Positions 25,574 to 39,496 of a stretch of DNA of 64,000 nt are shown piece after piece. Where the stretch lies: NCBI RefSeq assembly GCF_964213995.1, contig NW_027590128.1, positions 1,488,001 through 1,552,000 on the forward strand. The letters are read 5' to 3'. The notes under the pieces were generated by a model. That model did not search any database, was not told the DNA's origin, and saw nothing but the letters and a program-made list of their open reading frames with translations. The stretch's first letter is position 1. Each line of letters opens with the position of its first letter. Position numbers and translations under genes: made by a program. Source of the stretch: Mustelus asterias (taxonomy: Eukaryota).

Positions 25574-27458
25574 CAAACAGATGGAGCCCTGTGGGTGCGG
25601 AGCAAACAGATGGAGCCCTGTGGGTGCGGAGCAAACAGATGGAGCCCTGTGGGTGTGGAGCAAACAGATGGAGCCCTGTGGGTGCGGAGCAAACAGATGG
25701 AGCCCTGTGGGTGCGGAGCAAACAGATGGAGCCCTGTGGGTGCGGAGCAAACAGATGGAGCCCTGTGGGTGCGGAGCAAACAGATGGAGCCCTGTGGGTG
25801 CGGAGCAAACAGATGGAGCCCTGTGGGTGCGGAGCAAACAGATGGAGCCCTGTGGGTGCGGAGCAAACAGATGGAGCCCTGTGGGTGCGGAGCAAACAGA
25901 TGGAGCCCTGTGGGTGCGGAGCAAACAGATGGAGCCCTGTGGGTGCGGAGCAAACAGATGGAGCCCTGTGGGTGCGGAGCAAACAGATGGAGCCCTGTGG
26001 GTGTGGAGCAAACAGATGGAGCCCTGTGGGTGCGGAGCAAACAGATGGAGCCCTGTGGGTGTGGAGCAAACAGATGGAGCCCTGTGGGTGCGGAGCAAAC
26101 AGATGGAGCCCTGTGGGTGCGGAGCAAACAGATGGAGCCCTGTGGGTGCGGAGCAAACAGATGGAGCCCTGTGGGTGCGGAGCAAACAGATGGAGCCCTG
26201 TGGGTGCGGAGCAAACAGATGGAGCCCTGTGGGTGCGGAGCAAACAGATGGAGCCCTGTGGGTGCGGAGCAAACAGATGGAGCCCTGTGGGTGCGGAGCA
26301 AACAGATGGAGCCCTGTGGGTGCGGAGCAAACAGATGGAGCCCTGTGGGTGTGGAGCAAACAGATGGAGCCCTGTGGGTGCGGAGCAAACAGATGGAGCC
26401 CTGTGTGTGTGGAGCAAACAGATGGAGCCCTGTGGGTGTGGAGCAAACAGATGGAGCCCTGTGGGTGTGGAGCAAACAGATGGAGCCCTGTGGGTGCGGA
26501 GCAAACAGATGGAGCCCTGTGGGTGTGGAGCAAACAGATGGAGCCCTGTGGGTGCGGAGCAAACAGATGGAGCCCTGTGGGTGCGGAGCAAACAGATGGA
26601 GCCCTGTGGGTGCGGAGCAAACAGATGGAGCCCTGTGGGTGCGGAGCAAACAGATGGAGCCCTGTGGGTGCGGAGCAAACAGATGGAGCCCTGTGGGTGC
26701 GGAGCAAACAGATGGAGCCCTGTGGGTGCGGAGCAAACAGATGGAGCCCTGTGGGTGCGGAGCAAACAGATGGAGCCCTGTGGGTGCGGAGCAAACAGAT
26801 GGAGCCCTGTGGGTGTGGAGCAAACAGATGGAGCCCTGTGGGTGCGGAGCAAACAGATGGAGCCCTGTGTGTGTGGAGCAAACAGATGGAGCCCTGTGGG
26901 TGTGGAGCAAACAGATGGAGCCCTGTGGGTGTGGAGCAAACAGATGGAGCCCTGTGGGTGCGGAGCAAACAGATGGAGCCCTGTGGGTGCGGAGCAAACA
27001 GATGGAGCCCTGTGGGTGCGGAGCAAACAGATGGAGCCCTGTGGGTGTGGAGCAAACAGATGGAGCCCTGTGGGTGCGGAGCAAACAGATGGAGCCCTGT
27101 GGGTGCAGAGCAAACAGATGGAGCCCTGTGGGTGCGGAGCAAACAGATGGAGCCCTGTGGGTGCGGAGCAAACAGATGGAGCCCTGTGGGTGCGGAGCAA
27201 ACAGATGGAGCCCTGTGGGTGCGGAGCAAACAGATGGAGCCCTGTGGGTGCGGAGCAAACAGATGGAGCCCTGTGGGTGCGGAGCAAACAGATGGAGCCC
27301 TGTGGGTGCGGAGCAAACAGATGGAGCCCTGTGGGTGCAGAGCAAACAGATGGAGCCCTGTGGGTGCGGAGCAAACAGATGGAGCCCTGTGGGTGCGGAG
27401 CAAACAGATGGAGCCCTGTGGGTGTGGAGCAAACAGATGGAGCCCTGTGGGTGCGGAG
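25574..27458. repeat. 29-bp minisatellite, 65 copies (CAAACAGATGGAGCCCTGTGGGTGCGGAG)
   Basis: 1885 bp = 65 x 29; near-perfect units. Confidence 0.98.
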
Positions 27459-27761
27459 CAAACACATCAACATTTGTCACTGAGATAAAAACAGTAAATG
27501 CTGGAAAATCTCAGCAGGGCTGACAGCATCTGTGGAGAGAGAATAGAGCCAACGTTTCGAGTCTGGGTGACCCTTTGTCAGAGCTAAGAACAAAAAATGT
27601 TAAAGAAGTAAAAAGAGTTTTGTTACTAAAATGTGGGAAGATGAGGGAAAAATTCACAAACAATTCAAGGATTTAAAATAACAACAGCAGACAGGGAATC
27701 TCATCATTAGAACAAGGACTGATTTCAATAATTTAACTGCAAGAGGGTTAAGAAGAGTTAA

Positions 27762-28040
27762 AGTTTATTTATTAGTCACAAGTAAGGCTTACATTAACAC
27801 TACAATGAAGTTACTGTGAAATTCCCCTCATTGCCACACTTCAGCACCTGTTCGGGTCAATGCACCGAACCAGCACGTCTTTCAGACTGTGGGAGGAAAT
27901 TGGAGCACCCGGAGGAAACCCATGCAGACACGAGGAGAAAGTGCAAACTCCACACAAACTGTGATCCAAGCCAGGAATCGAACCCGGGTCCCTGGTGCTG
28001 TGAGGCAGCAGTGATAACAACTGTGCCACCGTGCCGCCCA
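27762..28040 (-). mobile_element. V-SINE, tail type A
   Basis: Reverse complement of the 6441-6725 family. Confidence 0.9.
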
Positions 28041-29164
28041 TAAAGACAGGTTCGAGAGAAGGTTTAGAACAACAGACTATAAAGGAACAAATTATCTTAA
28101 AGCCAATCTTTTTCAGTCTGTGTGGAGGGGGTGTGCTGAATCAGTTTCAATGGGCTTTTATATTTGTTTGTACAATGTGGACATTGCTGGCTCGACCAGC
28201 ATCGATTATCCATCCCAAATTACTCTTGAGAAGGTGATTGGGGCTGCCTTCTTGAACTGCAGATTTGAAGTTACTGTCAGATCAGCCATGATCTAATTAA
28301 ATGGGTCAAGGGGCTGAATTATCTACTCCTACTTCTATGTTTATAAGTTTGCCGCAGTCCATGTAGTGTAGGTACATCCAAAGTGCTGTTAGGAAGGGAT
28401 TTCCAGGATTTTTGATCAGCGACAGTGAAAGGACAGCAACATGATTCCAAGTCAGGATTGTTTATGTCTTGGGTGCCATTGTTTTTCGGTGAAGGGTCTG
28501 TTCCTCTGCTGTACTGTTCTTTGTTCTTTAGATAACTTGCAGTTGTCCATGTTCCCAAATATCTGCTTCCCTTTTCTCTCGGTGGTAGAGTTTGCAGGGT
28601 TGGAAGGTAAAGGTCGCAGTGTTGGAAGGTGCTGTTGAAAGTTAAATTATATTAATTTCCTCATATTAAAAAGTGAAACTCAGGTGAGGATATAGTGGGG
28701 AGATCGAGATCAGAGGCAGTATTTCAGAATTTATCACTGTGATAGCAGCAATCCCATTACTATCTGTTGGTAAGACTGATGGAAATATTTAAAGTGGAGA
28801 CCATTGGAGGATGAGGTACAATGGAATTTGTGAACTATCTGAGGATAATGGTGAGGGGAAAGGAAGGGATCAGGAAAACAACAGACACTTCATGTTGTTC
28901 CAGGAGAAGTGGGGTCAGGTTGTGTAGATGTCAGGTTTTACGCAGCACACAGTCAGCCTGGATGGAGAATCTCTGAATCACTCAAATCACTCAGTTGGAA
29001 AATCAGAGACCTATCATTGTCTGCTTGGAGGAAGGTTTGTGTTGCAACTGATGAGAAGCAGCTTCACTCAGACACCCACACACAGAGATCCATACTCTCA
29101 CACACACACGCACATCCTCACGCACAGAAACTAACACACGCAGCTTTCCTCCCAACCACAAACA

Positions 29165-29395
29165 CATTGTACCAACTGACTCAAGAACAGCTTCTTTTCT
29201 GCTATCGGACTTTTGAATGGACTAACATATATTAAATTGATCTTATGCTACACCCGAACTATGACATAACACTATATTCTGCACCCTCTTCTTTCCTTCT
29301 CCCCGATGTACTTTATGAATGATATGTTTTGTCTGTATAAGAAACAATACTTTTCACTGTATCCCAATACATGTGACAGTAATAAATCAAATAAA
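29165..29395 (+). mobile_element. Rex1/Babar-type LINE 3' end
   Basis: Matches the 3' UTR at 43815-44045. Confidence 0.75.
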
Positions 29396-29670
29396 AAGCT
29401 CTCACATGAAACAAGACCTGTCCCATTGGGTGGACAACACCAGCTAACCTGACTAAAACTGAGGATAATACTGAGATGTCTGTAAGGGCTAAAACAAGAC
29501 CCTTGACTCCCTTTTGATCTGTGGCACCAAGTTCAAGACTCCTTCATAAATCATCCTCTTGGCCTCTAGCCTGTCAACTCCCCCATGAGAATCTTATATG
29601 TTTCAGAAAGTTCACTGCTCATTCTTCTAAACCTAATGAATATAGGTGCAACCTTTCCCCAAAAGACAAC

Positions 29671-29799
29671 GGGTGGGATTCTCCATCCACGCTCATCCCA
29701 AAACCGGAAAATCCCGCCCGAGGTCAAAGGACCTTTGTGTAGTCCGTCCCCCTGGCCCGCTAGGATTCCTGTGGTGGGTGGGATGGGAGAATTCTCCCC
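29671..29799. mobile_element. Short TIR element (MITE-like) inside a decayed minus-strand CR1 (29560-30340)
   Basis: GGGTGGGATTCTCC...GGAGAATTCTCCC imperfect inverted ends; relative at about 49023-49223. Confidence 0.5.
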
Positions 29800-31107
29800 T
29801 ACACCTTCACAACCTTTCCTCAAAAGTCAACACCTTTATCTTAGGAATGGACCTGGTGAACTTTCTCTGAACTCATTCCAATGAAAGCATGTCATTCCAT
29901 AAGTAGGGAGACCAGAACCGTACACAGTATTCCAGCTGCTATCTCAGCAATGTCCTGTGTAGGTGCAGCAAGTTCCCTTTCTCAAACTCCACCCCCTTGC
30001 AGTAAAGTCCAACACTCCATTTGCCTTCTTCTTTACTTGCTGTACCTTCATCCTATTTTTTCACCATTCATGTACAAGAACACCCAGATTCCTCTCTACG
30101 GCAGTATTCTTCAGTTTCTGTATATTTAAATAATTTTCTTTCCTATTCTTCCTGCCAAAATGGAAAAACTCCCACTTTCCTACACTATACTCCATCTGCC
30201 ATTTCCCTGTCCATTCAGGGAACCTATCTATATCCCTTCCAGATTTTTTGTACCTCACAACTTGCTTTCCAACCTATCTTTGTATCGTTAATTTTGGCTA
30301 CAGTCCAGTCAATCCCTTCATCCAAGTCATTGATCAAGGTGGCTGTTTTCCTCTCTCTCAGTTGTGGGTGATATTTCTCTCTATTCTCCTGGAAACTGAA
30401 TCCATCTTGTTCCAAAGTAGGTTCAAAGTCAGATATTTCAGTGAGTCTGGAATCATTCACCCCTGAACCTACACCGACAGGTAAAACCACAGACGGTTCC
30501 TCAGTAAGAGTTTTTCTGGTTCCTCACCATATATTACTAAGGATACCGAAACACAGCTTTCTGACAGTCCACTCCTGGAGGCCCCACTCCCTGAGCCGAC
30601 AACATTCAGCAGTGTCAGTGCTGAAGTTTCACAGTGGGAGTGATTCCCAGAGTAACTGTCAATCATATCACCATTGATGTCCAGGTTTGTGTATTTTTAG
30701 TTATCCTGATGTCTAACACACACACATCAATAAAACAGGGAATTCCTGCAAACAAACTGCAGCTTCTTCTCTATCTGGAGATCCAATGTTTGTTGAATAA
30801 TTGTCCCAGTGGTTAACAGGCTCCTGTGAACTCATCCAACTCGTATTTTAATACTGACTTTAACAAACATATTTTAAACAGGTTTATTTTAAATGAGTTA
30901 AAATCAGCCTTAAAATGGTAGATATAGTATAATAACCATAGTACTTTTCAGACTGGAAACTTTAACCTGCTGTTTCACTTTCATTTAGGAGCAGATCCCA
31001 GTTTTACACCAATCTCTGATTCATGTATCCAGCATTCACCGTCATTCTAAAAGCAGAAATTGCTGCAAAATCTCAGCAGCTCTGACAGTATCTGTAAATG
31101 GTAGTCA

Positions 31108-31585
31108 CGATGTGGAGGTTCCGGCGTTGGACTGGGGTGAACACAGTAAGAGTTTTAACAACGCCAGGTTAAAGTCCAACAGGTTTATTTGGTAGCAAAT
31201 ACCATTAGCTTTCGGAGCGTGCTGCTCCTTCGTCAGATGGAGTGGAAATGTGCTCTCAAACAGGGCACAGAGACACAAAATCAAGTTACAGAATACTGAT
31301 TAGAATGCGAATCCCTACAGCCAACCAGATCTTAAAGATACAGACAATGTGGGTGGAGGGAGCATTAAGCACAGGTTAAAGAGATGTGTATTGTCTCCAG
31401 ACAGGACAGCCTGCAAGTCCAGGGGGCAAGCTGTGGGGGTTACTGATAATGTGACATAAATCCAACATCCCGGTTTAGGCCGTCCTCATGTGTGCGGAAC
31501 TTGGCTATCAGTTTCTGCTCAGCGGCTCTGCGCTGTCGTCTGTCGTGAAGGCCGCCTTGGAGAATGCTTACCTGAAGATCAGAAG
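31108..31585 (-). mobile_element. Penelope 3' end plus pLTR with hammerhead motif at 31202-31240
   Basis: Homologous to 10901-11414; CCAU-CUGACGA-A-GGAGC-agcac-GCUCC-GAAA-GC-UA-AUGG. Confidence 0.85.
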
Positions 31586-31907
31586 CCGAATGGAAGAGAG
31601 GGAAGCAGCAGAGACAGCTGATCAGATTGTCTCAATCTTGGTGACAGAGAAGCTCCATGAGCTCCTCACACTTGTTGTTGGAGGTGAGGATGGAGGAGAC
31701 GGGAGAGGGGGAAGCCCTTCAAATGAAACTAACATGTTTGAGGCATTAAAAGCATTCATCACACTTTGTTGAACATAAAGCTTGTGTATTTGAGTTCCAC
31801 CCAAAATATAAACCTTCCAACTGGGCTAAGATTTGTCAGCAGCAACAGACACCAATGAAAATAGTTAGGACCTTGATGTGATTAAGAGCAAAATTCAGTC
31901 CTTGCAG

Positions 31908-32945
31908 TCACTCGTGAACACGCTGGTGTTTCAGCAGGTGAGGTGACTGAGTGAATCCCTTCCCACACACGGAGCAGGTGAATGGCCTGTCCCCAGTGTG
32001 AATTCGCTGGTGCTTTCCCAGGTTGGATGATTGACTGAATCTCTTACCACAATCAGAGCAGGTGAATGGTCTCTCCCCGGTGTGAATTCGCTGGTGTCTC
32101 TGCAGGGTGGATGAATCAATAAATCCCTTCTCACAACTGGAGCAAGTGAATGGCCTCTCCCCAGTGTGAACTCGCTGGTGTTTCAACAAGATGAATGACT
32201 GACTGAAGCCCTTCCCACACTCAGAGCAGGTGAACGGCCTCTCTCCGGTGTGACCTCGCTGGTGTTTTAGGAGGTTGAATGATTGAGTGAATCTCTTCCC
32301 ACACTCGGAGCAGATAAATGGCCTCTCCCCGTTATGAATTCTCTGGTGTTTCAGCAGGTCGGATGAATCAGTGAATCCCTTCCCACAATCAGAGCAGGTG
32401 AACGGCCTCTCTCCAGTGTGAACTCGCTGGTGTTTCAGCAGGATAGAAGAGGTAGGGAATCCCTTCCCACAGTCAGAGCATCTGAATGGTCTCTCTCTAG
32501 TGTGAACTCTCTGGTGTGTCAGCAGGATTGATGAGGTAGCGAATCCCTTCCCACACTCATGACAGTTGAATGGCCTCTCCCCAGTGTGAACCCACCGGTG
32601 TTTCAGCAGATGGCATGAACAAATGAATCCCATCCCACACTTGGAGCAGGTGAATGGTCTCTCCCCAGTGTGAACTCGCCGGTGTGTCAGCAAGATGGAT
32701 GAGGTAGTGAATCCCTTCCCACACTCAGAGCAGGTGAATGGTCTCTCTCCAGTGTGATTGTGTCGATGAGTTTTCAGTTCAGATGGAAATCTGAATCTCT
32801 TCCCACAGTCTCCACAGTTCCATTGTTTCTCCCTGTTGTGACAGCATTTATGTTTCAACAGGCCAGATGACCGGCTGAATGTTCGTCCACACACAAAACA
32901 CGTGTACGGTTTCTCTCCACTGTTAACCGTGCTTTCCCCTTCCAT
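31908..32945 (-). CDS. C2H2 ZNF, 12 fingers, intact (class [13 protein letters not shown] start)
   Basis: Uninterrupted array ending HQRVHE*; ATG at 32945. Confidence 0.9.
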   Translation of the reverse strand: MEGESTVNSGEKPYTCFVCGRTFSRSSGLLKHKCCHNREKQWNCGDCGKRFRFPSELKTHRHNHTGERPFTCSECGKGFTTSSILLTHRRVHTGERPFTCSKCGMGFICSCHLLKHRWVHTGERPFNCHECGKGFATSSILLTHQRVHTRERPFRCSDCGKGFPTSSILLKHQRVHTGERPFTCSDCGKGFTDSSDLLKHQRIHNGERPFICSECGKRFTQSFNLLKHQRGHTGERPFTCSECGKGFSQSFILLKHQRVHTGERPFTCSSCEKGFIDSSTLQRHQRIHTGERPFTCSDCGKRFSQSSNLGKHQRIHTGDRPFTCSVCGKGFTQSPHLLKHQRVHE

Positions 32946-33589
32946 GTTCAAAACCCAATGATATTCAGATTACACTAATTTAGGCGATAGCGTCGGATCC
33001 TGATGCGATGTTTCGTTTGAGTTTTCTCCCTTCCACTCCTGCGCTTCTAATATCCTGTAAGAAAAAGTCCAAAGTTAAAAATTGAAGCAAACTTGGTTTG
33101 AGTTTACTGTGTGTAAATCCTCCCCTTCTCACCCTCTGGAAAAGGAGACTCCAAAATCTATCACTGTCAGTCCAGGATAGAAATTCACAACATTTTCTCA
33201 CAGGGACAGTGATAACCGTGCCTGTGTCCTGCTCCCGAGAAAGATGACAGCCATTAACCCAAGTCTATCAGTGTTTCTCCTTCACTATTTCATGTGATGT
33301 GGTTTTATTGCCAAGACCAGCATTTATTTCCTGCCCCTGAGGAGGGCAGTTAGAGACTGAATCGCATGTTGACAAGTCTATGGAGAGACAGCAGATTCCC
33401 ATGAATAAACAGGGTGGGTTTTTAAATTGTTCACAGCTGTAATGGTTACTCAAGTGAAATTATATTCCAGATTTTCCAGCATTTTATGAATTCTAATTAA
33501 ATCCCCCCCCAGCTCCATGATGGGATTTGAATCCGTCCCCAGAACATTAGGCTGTGTCACTGATATTACCACCACCTCCCCAATTGTAG

Positions 33590-33880
33590 AGCTGCTGCAA
33601 TTACCCCCCGGGTCGGTGCAAACTCGGGCCCGGGGGTTCCTTATTCTGGGTTTTGAGGCCTCCTCCACTGGCTGTTTCTGAAGCCTCTGCACTCACTTCC
33701 CCGCCTCCCTGCAGCTCCAGCACCCACATTGCGCATGGGCCAGTCCGAATCCGCACAGCGCGTGCTCCACTCAGAATCAGGTACTGCGCCTGCGCAAGCG
33801 GCTGCTATTGTGACAATGCGGCACATTCTCTCTCGCTGCGAATGCTGGGTAAGAGCACCGCCATAGGAAGGAGATAATGT
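33590..33880 (-). promoter_or_regulatory. Promoter module Q (copy 1)
   Basis: On the minus strand: ATGGCGG, TTACCCAGCAT, TGCGCAGGCGCAGTAC, CATGCGCA, GGAAGT; same order as 47470-47800. Confidence 0.65.
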
Positions 33881-34289
33881 TCAATACAAAATTGTATTTT
33901 GTCATCCAATTACGATCAGAACTATCGGGTTAATATATAAAATTATTAAACAAATTGATACATCTACCAATGTGCATGGTGGGATTGTTACTGGACGAGT
34001 ATTCCAGAGACCCAGGGTCCTTTTAGAGTCTACCCCACTCTGTCGTAGGTTGCAGCAAGATATAGTTGGGTTGGTCAGATGGGCAGAACAGTGATAGACT
34101 TCGAAATATATCACCATTCCTTCACAGTCACTGGGTCAAAATCCTGGAATTCCCTCCCTAACCACATTGTAGGTAAACCCACAGCACACGAGCTGCAGCG
34201 ATTCAAGAAGGTAGCTCACCACCACCTTCTCAAGTGCAACCAGGGATGGCCAGCGAGCGACGCCCATGTCCCACAAATTAATTTTAAAA

Positions 34290-35080
34290 ATATGCTATTT
34301 AATCTTGATAAGTGCGAAGTGATGCACTTTGGAATAAGTAACAAGGCAAAGAAATAATTAATGAAAGGAAGGACACGAGGTAAAATCAGAGGAGCAGATG
34401 GATTTTGGGGTACTTATTCACTTAAGGTAACAGAGCTGCTGAATAGAATAGATAAGAAGGCATATGAGACACTTGCTTTTATCAGTCGTGGCATACAGTA
34501 TAAGAACAAAGAGATGATGTTGGAGCTGTACAGAATGTTGATTAGGCCACAGCTGGAGTACTGTGTGCAGTTCTGGTCACCTCACTATAGGAAGGGCGTG
34601 ATTGCACTGGAGGAGGTACAGAGAACATTCACCAGGATGTTGCCTGGGATGGAACATTTGAGCTTTAAGGAGACTGGATAGGTTTGGAGTGTTTAGAGCA
34701 GAGAAGGCTGAGGGGGACATGACTGTGGTGAATAAGATTATGAAGGATATGGACCGGGTGAGTAGAACCCTTGGTTGAGAGGTCAATCATGAGGGGACAT
34801 AGTTTTAGGGTGCCAGGCAAGAGATTCAGAGGGGAGTTGAGAAAAAAAAATCACAGAAGGTGGTGGGAATCTGGAATAAACTGCCTGGGAAGGTAGTGGA
34901 GGCTGGAAACTTAACAACCTTTAAAAAGTATTTGGATGAGCACTTGAAATATTATAGCATTCAGATAAGGATATGGGACAAGTGCTGGAAAATGGGATTA
35001 GCATGGGGTTTAGTGGTAGCTATTGTTGGTGCAGACTCTATGGGTCGAAGGGTGTTTTCTGCACTGTATGACTATGACTG
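34290..35080 (+). mobile_element. CR1 LINE 3' fragment
   Basis: KCEVMHFG..LIRPQLEYCVQFWSPHYRK..WNKLP. Confidence 0.9.
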
Positions 35081-36849
35081 TAACTCTCGCTCAGTCTCTT
35101 TCACTCTAACAGTCTCTGTCTGTGTCTCTATCTATTTCCCTCTTTTGGTCTTTGTTCTATTCGCTCACTGTTTATGTGCAACTAAATTTCACTGGATTGA
35201 TTCCTGAGTTGAGGCGGTTGTCCTTGGAGGACATTCAGTGGGATGAGTCTGTCCTCTCTGAAATTCAGAATAATGAGAAGTGATATAATTGAAAAGGGAG
35301 GGAAAAGGAAGGATCAGGAAAGCAGCAAACACTTGATGTTGTTCCAGGAAAAGTGGGGTCTGGTGGTGTGGATGTCAGGTTTTACACAGCAGATGGTCAG
35401 CCTGTGGATTCACCCAGGATGAAGAATCTCTGAATGATTCTATTCCAATCACCCGGAGAGGAACCTTTGAGAGGAACCACCTAAGAAGAAGCAGCACATA
35501 AAGATATCCAAACACAGAGATCCAAACACACTCTCTCTCCCTGTCTCTTACACAGACATGGGCAAACATAGACACACCCACACCCAGACAGACATCTTCA
35601 TTCATAGACACACACCCACACCCAGACAGACATCTTCATTCATAGACACACATCCCCAAGGATAATTCCAGCCCTATCATGTGGAGAATACAGCCCATTC
35701 TGACTAATACTGGAGATGAAATAACAGTGTCTTTACAAACCACAATGTTTGAGAAATTCAAGTAACCATTACCCTCCAGGGATTGTGAGCAGTTCTGATT
35801 ACCCATTTCCACTCCTTTCTCTAAACTTGAGTCTACATTGAACAACATCTGGAACAGCAGCAGTGACAAATCACGAACACTGAGCTGCCTCTTGTCAGCC
35901 TGGGTGAAGAGCCCTGCTGGGGGATAGTGTAAATTACAGAACAACATCCCTGCGTAATCAGTGTCTCTTGGCTCTGGAATTACAGAAGATGCTAATTCCC
36001 CTCACATTGATGGTCCAGTTAATGAAGAGAATTCTAAGACAGGTTTCAAGCATAAAGAATATAATGTTGTTTTGACTCTGTCATCCTGGCCTCATTCATT
36101 ACTGCTCCAATGTCCTGGGAAATGTGCTGCACCACATCCAGCAGGTACCACAGACACTGTTCATCTTTTTCAAAATGTGGATTCGAATCCGGGTCCCCAG
36201 AACATTAGCTGGGATTCTGGATTAATAGTCTATCGATAATACCATTAGGCATCGCCTCCCCCAAATTTGTTCCCTTTGGAACAAAGAAGCTGAAATGGAG
36301 ATTTCATGGATCTGTTCAAGATTATGGGGGTGGGGACGGGTGGTTTGATAGAGCAGATCGGGAGAAACTGTTCCACTGATGCGGGTCAGTAACCAGAGGA
36401 CTGGGATTGAAGATAATTAAAGAAAGACAGACTGGCATTAATATCGCACATTTCCCGACCAGCAGGAATCACAATGGGATCATTGTTATAATGAAGGCTG
36501 AATGGCCGAATGCTGCTCCTACGGCTTATGGTCTATTCCTTAGTTCCCTCGAAACGGGGATAATCCCAGCCTCCCAAATGAAGATACAGTCATTCAAAAA
36601 TTAAAGCAAAGTTGATTTTTTTTTTAAAACCCAGAATACTAATATCTAAATCTGCACTGGATATTGTTAACATCAGACCCCAATAAATATAGTTCAGTTC
36701 TGGATGTGATTAACAGCAAACTCCAATCTGGCTGGTGTGTCAGCACGTTGGATGACTGATTGAATCCTTTCCCACACTTGAAGCAGATGAATGGTTTCTC
36801 CCCAGTGTGAACTCGCTGGTTTACAGTGAGAGGAGGTGATTGTCTGAAC

Positions 36850-37659
36850 TCAGTCCCACAGTGAAAGCATCTGAACTCGAGTGTGAACCCGTTGATGGGT
36901 CAAGTTCCCAAAACTTTTAAAGCACTTTCCACAGTCTGGGCATTTAAAAGGTCTCTCGTCAGTGTGAATCCGTTGATGGCAGATCAGGTTAGAAGAGTTA
37001 GCGAATTCCTTCCCACATTTGGAGCAGGTGAACGAGTTATCCTCAGTGTGAATCCGCTGGTGTGTCAACAGTTCTGTTGATGTAATGAATGCCTTCTCAC
37101 ACTCAGAGCAGGTGAATGGTCTCTCTCCAGAGTGAATTCGCTGGTGAATCAGAAGGTGAAACGACCGACTGAATTTCTTCCCACACTCTGAGCAGGTGAA
37201 TGGTCTCTCCCCAGTGTGAACTCGCTGGTGTGTCACCAGGTGGGTTGACTGAGTGAATCCCATTTTGCACACAAAACAGGTGAATGGTCTCTCTCCCGTG
37301 TGGACTCGCTGGTGTGACACCAGATGGGTTGACTGAGTGAATCCCACCTTGCACACAGAGCAGGTGAATGGTCTCTCCCCAGTGTGAATTCGCTGGTGTC
37401 TCACCAGGTGGGACAACTGAGTGAATCCTTTCCCACACTCGGAGCAGGTGAACGGTCTCTCCCCAGTGTGACACCGTCGATGAATTTCCAGCTCTGATGG
37501 GGAACTGAATCCCTTGCCACAATACTCACATTTCCACAATTTCTCCCCACCGTGACTGCATTTATGTTTTGACAGGCCAGATAAACGGCTGAATCCTCGT
37601 CCACACACGGAACACGTGTACAGTTTCTCCCCACTGTGAGCGGTGCTTTTTCTTTCCAT
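36850..37659 (-). CDS. C2H2 ZNF (class B), 8-9 fingers, decayed 3' fingers
   Basis: Open frame from [16 protein letters not shown]; frameshifted finger remnants continue to about 36730. Confidence 0.75.
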   Translation of the reverse strand: MERKSTAHSGEKLYTCSVCGRGFSRLSGLSKHKCSHGGEKLWKCEYCGKGFSSPSELEIHRRCHTGERPFTCSECGKGFTQLSHLVRHQRIHTGERPFTCSVCKVGFTQSTHLVSHQRVHTGERPFTCFVCKMGFTQSTHLVTHQRVHTGERPFTCSECGKKFSRSFHLLIHQRIHSGERPFTCSECEKAFITSTELLTHQRIHTEDNSFTCSKCGKEFANSSNLICHQRIHTDERPFKCPDCGKCFKSFGNLTHQRVHTRVQMLSLWD

Positions 37660-38011
37660 GTTCAAAATCCAATGATACCCATATTACGATAAACTGGGCG
37701 ACTCTGTCTGATCCTGATGTGATGTTTGGTTTCAGTTTTCCAACTGCAAATCCTCACATTTGAATATGCTGTGAAATTGAAGCAAAAGTTCATAATTTTA
37801 TTCCAAACAGGTTCCTGTTGAGAGTTCTTCAATTGAGGGGGAAGATCACTGGTGGTGCTTTTAAAAAGTGACATTGCAGCCCTGAAAATCAGTGACATCT
37901 CCAGAATATTAAATTCCAGCTAGTTATGGGATTTGTTATCAGCAGAAATAAAATATTGTCAGACTATCAATACTGAACAGCAGCAATACCAGCAGAGTCC
38001 AACCCCTGCAG

Positions 38012-38935
38012 TCACTTATGAACTTGCTGAAGTCTCAGAAGTCATTGTGACTGAGTGAATCCCTTCCCACACACAGAGCAGTTGAATGGCCTCTTAGTGT
38101 GAGTGCGTTGGTGAGCCAGCAGGTTGAAAAACTTTGCGAATCCTTTCCCACACACGGAGCAAGTGAATGGCCTCTCCCCTGTGTGAACTCGCTGGTGAGC
38201 AGAGAGGTTGGATGACCGATTGAATCCCTTCCCACACACGGAGCATGTGAATGCTCTTTCTGCAGTGTGAGTGCGTCGGTGAGCAGTGAGGTTGGATGAC
38301 TGCCTGAAATTCTTTCCACAGTCAGTGCAGCGGAATGGCTTCTCTTCAGTGTGAATTTTCTGGTGTCTCAGCAGACTGGGTAAAACTGTGAATCCCTTGC
38401 CACACACAAAGCAAGTAAACGGTCTCTCCCCAGTGTGAATTCGCTGGTGTGCAATGAGGGAGGATGCCTGTCTGAAACTCCGTCCACAGTCAGTGCAGCT
38501 GAATGGCTTCTCCTCAATGTGAACTCGCTGGTGTAACAGTAAGTGGGATGACCCAGTGAATCCCTTCCCACAGTCGGAGCAGGTGAACGGCCTCTCCCCA
38601 GTATGAACTCACTGGTGTGATAGCAGGTGGAATGACTGAGTGAATCCCTTCCCACACACGGAGCAGATGAATGGTCTCTCCCCGGTGTGAGTGTGTTGGT
38701 GCACAGTGAGTGCTGAAGAATGCCTGAACCTCTTCCCACAGGAGGTGCAGGTGAATGGCTTTTCCTCAGTGTGAATTCTCTGGTGAGACCAAAGGCCAGA
38801 TGACTGAATGAATCCCTCCCCACAGACAGAACAGGTGAACGGTCTCTCCCCAGTGTGACTGCGCCGATGGTTTTCCAGCAGGGAAGGGTAACTGAATCCT
38901 TTCCCACAGTCCCCACATTTCCATGGTTTCTCCAT
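38012..38935 (-). pseudogene. C2H2 ZNF (class A), about 11 fingers, two in-frame TGA stops
   Basis: ATG at 38935; TGA at 38611-38609 (HQ*VH) and 38044-38042; frame otherwise continuous. Confidence 0.85.
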
Positions 38936-39496
38936 GGTGCTGGTATCCTTGTGTCTCTCCAGGTTGCACAATCAGTTGAAGACTCGCCCACACTCAGAAC
39001 ACGTGGACAGTTTTTCCTTGCTGTGAATGGTGTGATGTTTTTTCAGGCTGCGTAACTGGATAAAGCTCTTTCCACAGTCAATTCACTGGAACACTCTCAC
39101 TTGGGTTGTGTGTGTATCTTGGTGCGTTTCCAGTCACACTGATGTTTGAAATCTTCTCCAGGCAGAACAAACAACCTCATTTCTCCTTCCACATTCAAAG
39201 TCTGAGGATATTCAGACCCTGATAAATTGAGACTCTGTCTGATTTTGATGTGATGTTTCCACGCCTCACCTGTAAAAGGAATTTACAAAATTAATCACTG
39301 CCAGTCCAGGATAGAAATTTTGAACAGACAATTCTAATTCTCTGGAATATTTCTTCCTCTCTCATTCCCCCAAATCTGTAAATCCCCATCCCACACACTC
39401 TCCATCCTCCCAAGGCTGAAATCCAAACCATCTCCGCCATTTCTTTCCTGCACTCCCAGTTTTCTCCCTCCCTCTCCTGTGTCTGGGTTCAGTTCA

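Noticed and set aside
25574-27458. CRISPR-like array of 29-bp repeats
   Set aside because: Units are head-to-tail with no unique spacers, there are no cas genes, and the context is vertebrate.
25232-27523. Six overlapping ORFs of 635-723 aa (also 54327-55079)
   Set aside because: The 29-bp unit has no stop codon in any frame, so these are repeat artefacts.
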